Shown one piece after another: positions 32,701 to 44,115 of a stretch of 64,000 nucleotides of DNA. Under the pieces are notes generated by a model. It had not been told where the DNA came from, made no database searches, and saw only the letters and a list, made by a program, of their open reading frames with translations. Each line of letters begins with the position of its first letter. Position 1 is the stretch's first letter. Source of the stretch: TPA_inf: Saccharomyces (Eukaryota); contig BK006945.2 in assembly GCA_000146045.2 (NCBI GenBank), positions 288,001 through 352,000 on the forward strand. Reading direction: 5' to 3'. The translations under genes were made by a program, and so were the position numbers.

Positions 32701-34080
32701 ATGAGTGGCAGTGATAGAGGAGACCGGTTATACGATGTGTTGGGGGTGACGAGAGATGCGACCGTGCAAGAGATTAAAACTGCTTACAGAAAGCTTGCCC
32801 TGAAACATCATCCGGACAAGTATGTGGATCAAGACTCAAAGGAGGTAAATGAAATCAAATTCAAAGAGATCACTGCCGCTTACGAGATCTTGAGCGATCC
32901 GGAGAAGAAATCACATTACGACTTGTATGGTGATGATAATGGTGCCGCTAGCAGCGGTGGCGCTAATGGCTTTGGAGATGAAGATTTTATGAACTTCTTT
33001 AACAATTTCTTCAATAATGGAAGTCACGATGGAAATAATTTCCCTGGCGAGTATGATGCGTACGAAGAGGGCAACTCTACAAGCTCTAAGGATATCGATA
33101 TCGATATATCTCTTACTTTGAAGGATTTGTACATGGGCAAGAAGCTGAAGTTTGATTTAAAGAGACAGGTCATCTGTATAAAGTGCCACGGTTCTGGCTG
33201 GAAACCAAAGAGGAAAATTCACGTTACACACGATGTGGAATGTGAATCATGCGCTGGAAAGGGTTCAAAGGAACGTCTGAAGAGGTTTGGTCCCGGTTTG
33301 GTAGCTTCGCAATGGGTGGTCTGTGAGAAATGTAATGGTAAGGGGAAGTACACTAAAAGACCCAAGAATCCAAAGAACTTTTGCCCCGATTGCGCAGGCT
33401 TGGGGCTCCTGTCAAAGAAGGAAATCATCACAGTGAACGTGGCTCCGGGACACCACTTTAACGACGTAATTACAGTCAAGGGGATGGCGGACGAGGAAAT
33501 CGATAAGACCACATGTGGTGATTTAAAGTTCCATCTCACTGAAAAACAAGAAAACTTGGAGCAGAAGCAAATCTTTTTGAAGAACTTTGACGACGGCGCC
33601 GGGGAAGATTTGTATACAAGCATTACCATATCGTTAAGCGAGGCCTTGACGGGATTTGAGAAATTTTTGACAAAAACCTTCGACGACAGGTTACTAACAT
33701 TGAGCGTTAAACCTGGCAGAGTAGTAAGACCTGGTGACACCATCAAAATCGCCAATGAAGGTTGGCCCATTTTAGATAACCCTCATGGCCGGTGCGGCGA
33801 TCTGTATGTTTTCGTTCATATTGAATTTCCACCAGATAACTGGTTCAATGAAAAATCAGAACTACTAGCAATAAAAACGAATCTGCCGTCATCTTCATCT
33901 TGTGCCTCACATGCGACTGTAAATACTGAAGATGACAGCAACCTGACTAACAACGAAACTATATCAAATTTCCGGATCATTCACACGGACGATCTTCCAG
34001 AAGGGATAAGGCCGTTCAAGCCAGAAGCACAGGATTCAGCGCATCAGAAAGCAAGAAGTTCGTACTGCTGTATCCAATGA
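32701..34080 (+). CDS. XDJ1: XDJ1, a DnaJ/Hsp40 homolog of 459 aa with a C-terminal CaaX box.
   Basis: J-domain with HPD (KLALKHHPDK), a G/F-rich region, four CxxCxGxG zinc-finger repeats and a C-terminal CCIQ prenylation motif. Confidence 0.92.
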   Translation: MSGSDRGDRLYDVLGVTRDATVQEIKTAYRKLALKHHPDKYVDQDSKEVNEIKFKEITAAYEILSDPEKKSHYDLYGDDNGAASSGGANGFGDEDFMNFFNNFFNNGSHDGNNFPGEYDAYEEGNSTSSKDIDIDISLTLKDLYMGKKLKFDLKRQVICIKCHGSGWKPKRKIHVTHDVECESCAGKGSKERLKRFGPGLVASQWVVCEKCNGKGKYTKRPKNPKNFCPDCAGLGLLSKKEIITVNVAPGHHFNDVITVKGMADEEIDKTTCGDLKFHLTEKQENLEQKQIFLKNFDDGAGEDLYTSITISLSEALTGFEKFLTKTFDDRLLTLSVKPGRVVRPGDTIKIANEGWPILDNPHGRCGDLYVFVHIEFPPDNWFNEKSELLAIKTNLPSSSSCASHATVNTEDDSNLTNNETISNFRIIHTDDLPEGIRPFKPEAQDSAHQKARSSYCCIQ

Positions 34081-34296
34081 TGGCATCAATAACTTTTTAT
34101 TCTATTTTTTTTTTTTTTTCATAAGTTATCCTACCTGTATATATGTATATATATGAAATTCATTTACTGAATGCGGTGAAGAATGAAGTCTTTCGCACCT
34201 TCAGTAGAAAAATAGGAAGAATCCCCATCGCGGCGGACATAAAGCAAGCATACAAAGGCCTTCTATCAGAACAGCGATTGCGAACTTGGAGCAACA

Positions 34297-35178
34297 ATGG
34301 CGTCCCAGGTTAACGCCTTATTACTGCCGGTCATAGAGTCTACGCCGCTTCATCAAATAACCAAGGTAGCATTGACGACCACACTCACAAGTAAACAAAG
34401 CGATTACAAGTTCAAAGAAATAGCCGTGCCGTTAACAAAATCACTACAACTGTACGAGAAGGCGCAAAGAAGACAAGATTTAAGGGCAAGCTTAAAAGCA
34501 CTGGAGAGTATCATTTACCAAACGCACTTCCAATGGAATAACCCGCTCCCACGACATGCGCATCTCTTCCAAAAACACTACCACTTTCTACTGACTCACT
34601 GGCCATTTGAGAACCACAGAGACTTGGTAGATTCCATCGCTGTAAACAATGGGAAACTAAATTCAACGTCTTCAAGGAGCGTCTGGCTGAAGGCGGATTG
34701 GATAACACTGTTTAACGTTAAAAACCCTTGGGTCCAAACGCCGCCATCGTTAATGCGTCTGAGTGGGACAGATCTTGATACCTTCACACCAGAGAGGATA
34801 TTCCTGATAAATTCTCTTGGAAACCACTACAAATTTTTAATAGCGAACAGTCATCTAAGCTACAATCACAAAAAATACCCCTCCCCTGGCGTGCAAATTC
34901 CTGTCAGGAACGCTCTTGGCGAAGTTTCTCCGGCCAAACAAATTGCCCAACTTTTCGCAAGACAGCTGTCTCATATTTACAAGAGCCTCTTCATAGAAAA
35001 CCCCCCGCTCTCTCCTGAGAACGAGCTGGCATTGACTGCCGTCTTCTATGACGAGACTGTAGAGCGACGCCTTAGAAGGCTCTATATGCGAGCTTGTGCA
35101 AGGGCATATACGACTACTAATGCCGACTCCACCACGGAGCCTTTGATGTTTCATTGCACCCGGTGGGAAGTTGATTAG
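34297..35178 (+). CDS. GEP5: GEP5 (RRG5), a mitochondrial genome maintenance protein of 293 aa.
   Basis: A 293-aa ORF. Size and position match YLR091W. Confidence 0.8.
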   Translation: MASQVNALLLPVIESTPLHQITKVALTTTLTSKQSDYKFKEIAVPLTKSLQLYEKAQRRQDLRASLKALESIIYQTHFQWNNPLPRHAHLFQKHYHFLLTHWPFENHRDLVDSIAVNNGKLNSTSSRSVWLKADWITLFNVKNPWVQTPPSLMRLSGTDLDTFTPERIFLINSLGNHYKFLIANSHLSYNHKKYPSPGVQIPVRNALGEVSPAKQIAQLFARQLSHIYKSLFIENPPLSPENELALTAVFYDETVERRLRRLYMRACARAYTTTNADSTTEPLMFHCTRWEVD

Positions 35179-35208
35179 TTGTTGTTGGCTGTTATACTGG
35201 AGTAAATG

Positions 35209-35268
35209 TCACGTGCCACTGTGGCCGTGTCAGGTCACGTGAAGAGAGAAATTCGGCCACAGTTGTGG
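35209..35268. promoter_or_regulatory. Sulfur-regulon promoter elements upstream of SUL2: two Cbf1 sites (TCACGTG, about 35210-35215 and 35236-35241) and two Met31/Met32 cores (CTGTGGC at about 35219-35225; AACTGTGG on the minus strand at about 35257-35266).
   Basis: The sequence reads aatgTCACGTGccaCTGTGGCcgtgtcagGTCACGTGaag...ggCCACAGTTgtgg, 280-330 bp upstream of the SUL2 ATG. The Cbf1-Met4-Met28 and Met31/32 motif definitions are established knowledge. Confidence 0.65.
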
Positions 35269-35543
35269 TCCTAAACAAGGACTGAAAAAGATCGCAGAAA
35301 CTAGCAACGTCGGATAGCGGTATGGTTGAACCAAAGTCCAGTTTTTAGTCATAGCCGGTTGAGGGATGATCTGCCGTTCAGTGTTCTGCGTTCAATAATA
35401 CGCATATATATATATATCAAGGTATCAACACAATACTTGAACAGGTTAGGCTCGTACTAAAGCCTGGAAGTTTTTATCTTTCTGTAACATTTTTCTTTCT
35501 TGAGGTGTGTGTGTGTATAGATTAGCAGGGAATTATCTAAGAT

Positions 35544-38225
35544 ATGTCCAGGGAAGGTTATCCAAACTTTGAAGAGGTAGAAATTCCTGACTTTCAGGAA
35601 ACTAACAACACCGTTCCAGATCTTGATGATTTAGAATTAGAGTATGACCAATATAAAAATAATGAAAATAATGACACGTTTAATGATAAGGACTTAGAGA
35701 GCAATTCTGTAGCAAAGCACAACGCAGTGAACAGCTCAAAGGGCGTAAAAGGCTCGAAGATTGACTACTTTAATCCTTCAGATGTCTCGTTGTATGACAA
35801 TTCCGTTTCCCAATTTGAAGAAACAACGGTATCGCTAAAAGAGTACTATGACCACAGTATACGATCTCATCTCACGGTGAAAGGAGCATGTAGTTATCTT
35901 AAGAGTGTTTTTCCCATCATCAACTGGCTACCACATTACAATTTTAGCTGGTTTACTGCGGATCTTATTGCAGGAATTACCATTGGCTGTGTTCTCGTGC
36001 CGCAATCCATGTCATATGCACAAGTCGCCACGCTACCAGCGCAGTATGGGTTGTACTCCTCGTTTATTGGTGCTTACTCCTACTCTTTTTTCGCTACATC
36101 AAAAGATGTTTGTATTGGGCCCGTGGCTGTCATGTCTTTGCAGACCGCCAAAGTCATTGCGGATGTCACGGCAAAATATCCTGATGGAGATTCTGCCATA
36201 ACTGGTCCCGTTATTGCAACGACTCTAGCGTTACTATGTGGTATCATTTCGGCAGCAGTTGGCTTCTTGCGTCTAGGGTTTCTTGTCGAACTGATTTCCT
36301 TAAATGCAGTCGCTGGATTTATGACTGGATCCGCGTTTAATATCTTATGGGGTCAAGTTCCAGCACTAATGGGTTACAATAGTTTGGTTAACACGAGAGC
36401 TGCCACCTATAAAGTGGTCATAGAGACCTTGAAACATTTACCAGATACCAAACTGGACGCAGTTTTTGGGCTAATCCCGCTTTTCCTTCTTTATGTTTGG
36501 AAATGGTGGTGCGGAACATATGGACCAAGGTTGAACGATAGATACAACTCCAAAAACCCAAGGTTACACAAAATTATCAAATGGACATATTTTTACGCTC
36601 AGGCTTCCAGAAATGGTATCATTATTATTGTATTCACTTGTATTGGTTGGGCAATCACAAGAGGCAAATCTAAATCGGAGAGGCCCATCAGCATCCTAGG
36701 CTCAGTTCCATCCGGTTTGAAAGAAGTCGGGGTTTTCCATGTTCCACCAGGATTAATGTCTAAGCTTGGTCCAAATTTGCCTGCATCCATTATTGTGTTA
36801 TTGTTGGAGCATATCGCTATTTCGAAGTCTTTTGGTAGAATCAACGACTATAAAGTCGTCCCCGACCAAGAATTGATTGCTATTGGTGTCTCGAACCTTT
36901 TAGGTACTTTCTTCAATGCTTACCCAGCGACTGGTTCCTTTTCAAGGTCTGCTTTGAAGGCTAAATGTAATGTCCGTACGCCGTTATCTGGTTTGTTTTC
37001 GGGTTCATGTGTTCTTTTAGCATTATATTGTTTGACCGGCGCATTCTTTTACATTCCAAAGGCTACCTTATCTGCAGTTATCATTCACGCTGTATCTGAT
37101 CTTTTGGCCTCTTATCAAACTACCTGGAATTTCTGGAAGATGAATCCATTGGACTTCATCTGTTTCATTGTCACCGTCCTAATAACGGTATTTGCCTCTA
37201 TTGAAGATGGTATTTATTTTGCCATGTGCTGGTCATGTGCAATGCTCATTTTAAAAGTGGCTTTCCCAGCGGGAAAATTCTTGGGTCGTGTGGAAGTCGC
37301 TGAAGTTACTGATGCTTACGTCAGACCGGACTCCGATGTGGTTAGCTACGTGTCTGAAAATAACAATGGTATTTCCACTTTAGAAGATGGTGGTGAGGAT
37401 GACAAGGAAAGTTCCACCAAATACGTCACAAATTCCTCCAAGAAAATAGAAACAAACGTTCAAACAAAGGGCTTTGATTCTCCATCTTCTTCGATTAGCC
37501 AGCCAAGGATAAAATACCATACTAAATGGATACCGTTTGATCATAAATACACAAGAGAATTGAACCCGGACGTTCAGATTCTCCCCCCACCAGACGGTGT
37601 TCTTGTTTATAGGCTATCAGAGAGCTACACCTATCTCAACTGTTCCAGACACTACAACATCATAACCGAAGAAGTTAAAAAAGTTACCAGACGTGGTCAA
37701 TTAATTCGCCACAGAAAAAAATCTGACCGTCCATGGAATGATCCTGGTCCATGGGAAGCACCTGCTTTCTTAAAGAATTTGAAATTCTGGAAGAAAAGGG
37801 AGAACGACCCTGAATCCATGGAAAACGCGCCCAGCACCTCAGTCGATGTTGAAAGAGATGACAGGCCATTGCTGAAAATACTATGCTTAGACTTCTCACA
37901 AGTGGCACAGACAGACGCTACGGCTCTTCAATCATTGGTTGATTTGAGAAAGGCCATAAATCAATATGCAGATAGGCAAGTTGAATTCCACTTTGTGGGT
38001 ATCATTTCACCATGGGTGAAGAGAGGTTTAATTAGCAGAGGATTTGGTACTCTGAACGAAGAATACAGTGATGAATCCATTGTTGCCGGTCATACAAGTT
38101 ATCACGTCGCCAGAGTACCTCAAGGCGAAGAAAATCCTGAAAAATATAGCGTTTATACCGCTTCAGGAACAAATCTACCTTTCTTCCATATCGATATCCC
38201 AGATTTTGCTAAATGGGATATCTAG
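35544..38225 (+). CDS. SUL2: SUL2, a high-affinity sulfate permease of the SLC26/SulP family, 893 aa.
   Basis: SulP transmembrane core plus a C-terminal STAS-like domain. Size and position match YLR092W. The upstream Met4-type motifs are consistent with this call. Confidence 0.92.
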   Translation: MSREGYPNFEEVEIPDFQETNNTVPDLDDLELEYDQYKNNENNDTFNDKDLESNSVAKHNAVNSSKGVKGSKIDYFNPSDVSLYDNSVSQFEETTVSLKEYYDHSIRSHLTVKGACSYLKSVFPIINWLPHYNFSWFTADLIAGITIGCVLVPQSMSYAQVATLPAQYGLYSSFIGAYSYSFFATSKDVCIGPVAVMSLQTAKVIADVTAKYPDGDSAITGPVIATTLALLCGIISAAVGFLRLGFLVELISLNAVAGFMTGSAFNILWGQVPALMGYNSLVNTRAATYKVVIETLKHLPDTKLDAVFGLIPLFLLYVWKWWCGTYGPRLNDRYNSKNPRLHKIIKWTYFYAQASRNGIIIIVFTCIGWAITRGKSKSERPISILGSVPSGLKEVGVFHVPPGLMSKLGPNLPASIIVLLLEHIAISKSFGRINDYKVVPDQELIAIGVSNLLGTFFNAYPATGSFSRSALKAKCNVRTPLSGLFSGSCVLLALYCLTGAFFYIPKATLSAVIIHAVSDLLASYQTTWNFWKMNPLDFICFIVTVLITVFASIEDGIYFAMCWSCAMLILKVAFPAGKFLGRVEVAEVTDAYVRPDSDVVSYVSENNNGISTLEDGGEDDKESSTKYVTNSSKKIETNVQTKGFDSPSSSISQPRIKYHTKWIPFDHKYTRELNPDVQILPPPDGVLVYRLSESYTYLNCSRHYNIITEEVKKVTRRGQLIRHRKKSDRPWNDPGPWEAPAFLKNLKFWKKRENDPESMENAPSTSVDVERDDRPLLKILCLDFSQVAQTDATALQSLVDLRKAINQYADRQVEFHFVGIISPWVKRGLISRGFGTLNEEYSDESIVAGHTSYHVARVPQGEENPEKYSVYTASGTNLPFFHIDIPDFAKWDI

Positions 38226-38512
38226 CCAATGCATTTACAATGGACATGCAAACATTTATATCATCTCTTTTTTTCTATATTCCTAAACCAAAAAGTTTTC
38301 CCCCTTAAAAGTATACATTTAATATCATAATGAGATAGACACTGTTTATATAATAAGAAATAATAGGTAGGATGGTGCCATCGTGAGCATATACATACCT
38401 ATAAATATTTACCTTATTTTTATTTTATTTTTCTCTTCCTCTCAGGAACAAAAGAAATACAACCGTTATTAATGTTATTGTCGTGGGACAGCTCCCCTTT
38501 TTTTTTATTTAC

Positions 38513-39415
38513 TTACCACAGATAGAAAAACATGAAAGCAGCACTTACAAATAGTATAATAGTGAAAGTTAATAACGTAATATTTTTGACCTTCTGCCAC
38601 CACATTATTTCTTTTATATTGACCGCTTTGCGCCTAAATTTATTACTGCTGCTATTTAGTTGGGAAGTTTTATCCACCAATAAAGAAACTCTTTCTTGTC
38701 TCTCCAAGAACTTGTCGATGTTATCGTTCATTATCTGGATGACGTCCTTTATTTGGTCTTCGGTGGCATCCCCGATGTCACTTATAGTGTTCTGACCATT
38801 CCCATTACTAGATTGGCCATTTCCAGAACTATTTAAAGTTTGGTTACGGTATTCGACCAGCTCTTCATGGAAAGAGTCTAGTATTTGACCTACATGCGAA
38901 CTTAAAAGTTCGTTTGTAGCGTTGGACTCGTATTCCTGCAGCCCACTTAGTATCCTGATGGGCAAAATCTTGGGCATATCTACTAATGTGAAGCAAACGT
39001 ACACAGTTTTGGGGTCATGGTCATCCGTGGAGTAGAAACAATCGAATCCGTCGATGAGATTCATTGACATCTTGGTAACTTTGTTCCCCTTGATCGGAAC
39101 TACTTTGGGTAATACCATATCCATGATCAAATTATGGAAAATGACCGGCGTTATCTGCTCGTTTGCTGAAGTTATTGTACCATAGTTTTCGTTTTTCTGG
39201 AACGGCTGGAAACAACTAGATATTGTTTCACCATTTTTTATAACTTCCACATAACTTACTAAGACCATATGCAAAATCAAGCAAAATGGAACGTTAGTCT
39301 ACTGAATGTAACATAGTAAAATTATGGCATGGGGGGATGAGCATTCGCATAATCCCTTTTTTAAACATTTGTTAATTGTGTAGAAATATTTATACATACC
39401 ATTAAAGCGTTTCAT
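38513..39415 (-). CDS. NYV1: NYV1, a vacuolar v-SNARE. Spliced: exon 1 at 39400..39415 (ATGAAACGCTTTAATG), a 141-nt intron at 39259..39399, and exon 2 at 38513..39258. The protein is 253 aa.
   Basis: The track ORF begins at a TTG inside the intron/exon-2 frame (MILHMVLVSYVEV). Upstream on the minus strand is ATG AAA CGC TTT AAT G followed by GTATGT, a branch-like GACTAAC, then CTTAG with exon 2 beginning TA AGT TAT GTG GAA. This restores MKRFNVSYVEVIKNGE. The C-terminus carries a SNARE motif plus a TM. NYV1 is a known intron-containing gene. Confidence 0.85.
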
Positions 39416-39729
39416 TTGGTAAAAATATAAAAGTCCAATGCTCTAACAGCTTAATAAATTGTCGCTTTTCACTCTGTTCTTCAAATTTAATAGCTGTTGC
39501 TCCAACTTAGTCAAGTGCTAGAAAATTCATAGAGGGGCTTTTTTTCATCATTATTGTGACCTCATTTTTTCTTTCTTCGATCGTTTGAGGCGAATATTAC
39601 CCGGGCGCTTGGTGGTAATGCGTTGTTTTAAATATTATATATAATGAATGTGGTGGTAGAATATATAGTTTACTATTTTTAGATAATGCAAATGGGTGGG
39701 GTGAAGGCGATGAAAAGGTGGGGGGTCTA

Positions 39730-41238
39730 TCAGAGAAACCTGCTGTCACACCAGCCCTTTACGACATATTGAATCTCTCTCGTAGGTGCGGAAGTCTTAT
39801 TGGTGACTTTGCCTAAATTTAGTTTTCCGCATGGTTTGAGCATTGTGCCGCCATTGTTGAACCATGGCTTGACGTCTGAGTGTACGCGGACCAAAGAACT
39901 TTTCAAATCCGCCGTTGCATGTTCGCTTGCGGATTCACGGCCTTGCGAAGGTTCCGTATTGCTTGTCGTTGCAACAAAGTGCAAATTCCAGGGGGTAGAA
40001 TCGCCAAAAAGATCATTTCTTGTTTCATGGACCATGTCAGACCATAATTTTTTCCTAGTAATTAGGGCAAGCTTAATATCGTTCGTAGAGACATTTGGCT
40101 CCTTTTTGATTTCCAAAGACCGAATTTCGGAATACGTTAGCTGCTTCAACAGATGGTCATCTACTTCGACTTCGGGTAAAATACTCTTCCTTTTACATGA
40201 TGTTTCAATAGAGTATAACTTTAGGAAATTGGTATTCAAACTTTTTTGTCTTATTCTTTTATTGGGCAAGAGCTCGCTAGATGCAATCGAACCGTCGGTC
40301 TCGGGCGATGGTGATGCAGATGGCCATTGTTCTAATTCTACCAGGTCATTTTCGTAAATCATGTTTTCTGTAGTCGATTTGCTCCTACTCTTCCTTCTTG
40401 AAGTCTTGCCGCCTTTCTTGTCGATGATTTGGAAGTCCACAGAGGTCGGACGAAGTTTGGCATCGGACGACGCAGAAACCAGTGAAAGGGCAGAGGACGA
40501 TCGCGGACGCCGTTCGTATACGGGAGGAAAGATATCGACTAAATCCTTAACCTCCCAGTCGTCGAACAAATCGAGATCATTTATGTTTATTATTTTCATT
40601 TTGGGCACGACCGGCTCAGCCAGTACCTCATCGCCAATCGCGGGGGTCTGCAAATCGACAGCGTCAGCAATATCATCTGTCAAGGGATGAAGTTTAGAGG
40701 AGCTCAATGAAGAACAGTCGCTTTGAGCTTCCTCGGAGAACTTCCTCTTTATGCTCTGTGTTAAGTGGCCCTCATGTATGGGGCATTCGCCCGATAACGT
40801 CTTGGCGGAATTTGTTTTCCTAACTTGCGACATGACCGAGCTTAAGGACGGGGTCATCAAAGATGAGCGATTTTCGTTCAGCAGTTCGGAATCGTCTCGA
40901 GCCTTCAGTATTCTAGTCCTCTTGAAGCTATTCCTCTTGGTTAGTGTTCTAGTACGTTCAGCGCTTCCTTGACCATCGAACTGCGGCTTAGTGGAGTGGA
41001 AATAAATCTCATCGCTCACCGTCCTATTACTTGTGGCGGTCTTGTTCATGCTGGCGCTGGCTAACTTGTTATTCTTCTTATTAGTAGCGGTAGCGTAAAA
41101 TGACTTGGGATAAAATACCTTTGATGAGTCGCTCCATGAGTGCAATGCGCCATCATCACGTATGCTTTTGATGAGGCAATGTTCATGCACATGAGCATCG
41201 TGCATTAGTGTGTGATTTGTGTTCACGTCCAGCAGCAT
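39730..41238 (-). CDS. GIS3: GIS3 (YLR094C), a 502-aa S/T-rich protein.
   Basis: A 502-aa low-complexity ORF. Size and position match YLR094C. Confidence 0.8.
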   Translation of the reverse strand: MLLDVNTNHTLMHDAHVHEHCLIKSIRDDGALHSWSDSSKVFYPKSFYATATNKKNNKLASASMNKTATSNRTVSDEIYFHSTKPQFDGQGSAERTRTLTKRNSFKRTRILKARDDSELLNENRSSLMTPSLSSVMSQVRKTNSAKTLSGECPIHEGHLTQSIKRKFSEEAQSDCSSLSSSKLHPLTDDIADAVDLQTPAIGDEVLAEPVVPKMKIININDLDLFDDWEVKDLVDIFPPVYERRPRSSSALSLVSASSDAKLRPTSVDFQIIDKKGGKTSRRKSRSKSTTENMIYENDLVELEQWPSASPSPETDGSIASSELLPNKRIRQKSLNTNFLKLYSIETSCKRKSILPEVEVDDHLLKQLTYSEIRSLEIKKEPNVSTNDIKLALITRKKLWSDMVHETRNDLFGDSTPWNLHFVATTSNTEPSQGRESASEHATADLKSSLVRVHSDVKPWFNNGGTMLKPCGKLNLGKVTNKTSAPTREIQYVVKGWCDSRFL

Positions 41239-41676
41239 TCTATAATTATGTCTTGTTGAAAGTGTTCTGTATGTTCGTGTCTATCCAAAGAAACAAGTAA
41301 TTGAGAAAACTAGCCATCAAATACTTGTGAAGAAGCGAGTTTCCATTCTCTGTTTCACTCGTTTGGCGTTCTCACCATCCCACTTTTATTTCATTGGCTT
41401 TTTTAACACAATAAGGCGCCTTCAGCACCTTTGCCGCGCATTAAGGATGGCCACTGACGAAAAACCGGATAAAAAAAGACGAAAAAATGCCGTCTGACCC
41501 TAGTCAGGAGCCGCCTCATACACCCTAATTATTTTGGCGCTAAGCCCTAAGCATCATTATTACCCGACATGAAGCGACAGAAGCCCTACGGATGTGCGGC
41601 TGGAAAAGAAAGTTTCATGAAGAACCAGTTGATATATATTTTACTATATACTTTTGCTGTGTATTTCTATATGAGG

Positions 41677-41729
41677 CTAGTTGGTTGGTGGGAACTGGAA
41701 GTGAAAGTTCTGTTCTTTAGGGTGCAGCG

Positions 41730-41763
<34 letters not shown>

Positions 41764-44115
41764 TGGTTGGATTGATGCTTGTGATGTTTGTGGTGCCTGT
41801 GGTGCTTGTGGTACAGTTTTGCTGCCAGTTTGCTGCGAGTATGTAATTATGGGGTGAGCGGCATTTACATTAGGTGCTGGATTGATGGCTGGATTTGTTT
41901 TTTCGTAAGCGGCGATACTAGGCGTTGTGCTACTTGACATGTTTGCAAATGCATTATTAAACACTGGAGGTGAGACAGACTCGGTTAGTTCCCTTTTCTT
42001 TGCAAGCTCTTCGAGCCTTTTCTTTTCTTCCTTCATTTTTTTTCTTCTTTCACGGTCTTCCTGTTGTTTTCTTTGTTTGGCCCTTATTATTTTCAATTCA
42101 GGCACAAAAATGTTGCGCAGCTCAAGTTCCAAGTCCCTGATGCACCAAGCGCAGATAAAAGTGGAGCATTCAGACAGCGGTTTGCGTTTATCAGTAGGTC
42201 TTGAAGACTTGGTGCTGGGTTCAAGTGTGGATTGGGGTCTGCGAGAAGACCTTCTATTGCCGTGCGAATTTCCCATTATGATGACGCCAAAATCACGTTG
42301 CGACAGCGTGTGCTGTGGGGATTTTGTGGTTGAAGATATAAGCTCTATAATTTTTGGAGGTTGGCATTCCCAATGCTGCCACCTGTAACAATGATCACAG
42401 CATATCAATGGGCGGTTATTGAAGAGGTCAGTCTCCGTGTCTTCGGTGATAATCATGGGCGCCAGCTCTGGTTCGCCCGGACATTGGAAAACAGAATCTT
42501 GGTTGTCGGGCTCTTGCTGCGGAGTAAAGATCCCGTAGTTGGCAAGCTCATCTAGCTCTTCCTTTGTTATGCAGAAGTCACTAGGCAATTCAGGGACGTC
42601 TCCCGTCTGTAGTGGCCCAACAGTTCCAGGAATTGGTGGTTCCACCGGGATTATACTAGATTGAAAGTTAGGGCCGTGATCAAGAACTCCGATATCGATT
42701 TCATTTAAGGGATTGTCCTCCTCCCTGCCCAAAGACGTTTCAAAAAACGGTGTACCAGAACCACTTCTATCTTTGAGCTCGTTACGCCTGGTCAATTTTT
42801 CATCTCTATAATCTTGATCGTACAATTGCCACAATTGGTTCCAAAGAAGATCTTTTATCTTTTTGATTTCCTTCGACACTAGCTTGTTTCTGTGCCTTAT
42901 AAATTGTTCTCTTTCATCTAGTTTTTCAAACCACTCACTTTCCAAGTCTTTTTTCTTGTTTTCTTCCTCTTTCGCTACCAGTCTCGAAGATCTTTTCCTC
43001 CTTGTCATTAGCTCCGCAATTGCTCTCTCCTTTTCTCTGTTGGCCAAAAGTTTTGCCGAATATAGTCTATGTTCGGCATACACCGGTATTAAGTTAGTTA
43101 TGAACTCATCTATGGCTTTCGAACTTTTATTCTCTGACCAGTATTCTAGCATGGACCCCCAATTAGTTGTAATCACATCATAATCAATTGTAATCGATTG
43201 AAGATATGCATCGATATCGTGAGAGTACTCGAGATGAATAAGCTCCACTGAATCAGGAATGTCTGGGTCGCTTTCTTTTATAGTACAGTTCTGTAGTTTT
43301 ATTGGGATATTCAGAGTTTGAGAGACTTGGGAGGAAGAGCCTTCTTTTACTCTGTGAATGGTTTTCTTTACGAGTACACCAACATTGGGTAAGGCAAACA
43401 AGCTCTTCATTTCCTCCCCTCCACTATTATCATCATCCAGTATAACTTCACTAAACGTAAACAGATGCAAGTTATTCGCTAAGTAGTTTTTGAAGATCAT
43501 ATTTTTCATTTCAATTAATTTTATGATACTGTAAATGATGTCGAATTGGCGTGCAATTTCAAGCTCCAAAAAAGGTAAGTCCGTAACCAAATCTGAATAC
43601 GCGCTCGAGTTTTGCAAGTGATGGTTAACTATAACATTCCAATCTTTCAATTGCCCGCTTTTATTTCCCGCTAATTGATGCAATAATTGCAATCTAATTC
43701 TGTCGTACAAATTTTGCGATCCTTCATCTACGTCGACTTCATCATTGTAATAGTTCGAGTCCTTCCCGTCTATCTTCGAAAATACGTCAGTTACAAATAC
43801 ACCTTCATCGAATTTGATATTCTTCCACAAGCATTTGGTAGAGCTACCGCCATACTGGTCAGTATTAAATGTCGTTGTAGTATATGATTCGCAGACATTG
43901 GAAAGCCAAGCCATCACATACTGGAAGTGCCAGTGATTGGCCAAGTCCGCGATCTTCTCATCTAATATTTCAGAATACGGCAGCTGGTGCTTGTTCAATT
44001 GGGCTATTATGTCTTCGGAGACATATTCTTTCCAGTCTTCACTATCCGCATTCGCAGCGCCGGCAGGCATGCTCGCTCCTACATTTCTTGTACCCCTAGT
44101 TCTCTTCGTTCTCAT
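41677..44115 (-). CDS. IOC2: IOC2, an Isw1b chromatin-remodelling complex subunit of 812 aa.
   Basis: The track ORF of 834 aa starts at a TTG. The first ATG (MRTKRTRGTRN) gives 812 aa, matching YLR095C. It has a PHD-like cysteine cluster (CCDHCYRWQHWEC...CAWC) and a C-terminal polyQ. Confidence 0.88.
41731..41763. repeat. (CAG/CAA)n trinucleotide repeat encoding the 12-residue polyQ tract of IOC2. The plus strand reads TTGCTG repeats.
   Basis: The run ttgctgttgctgttgctgttgctgttgctgctg is seen directly in the sequence. Confidence 0.9.
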
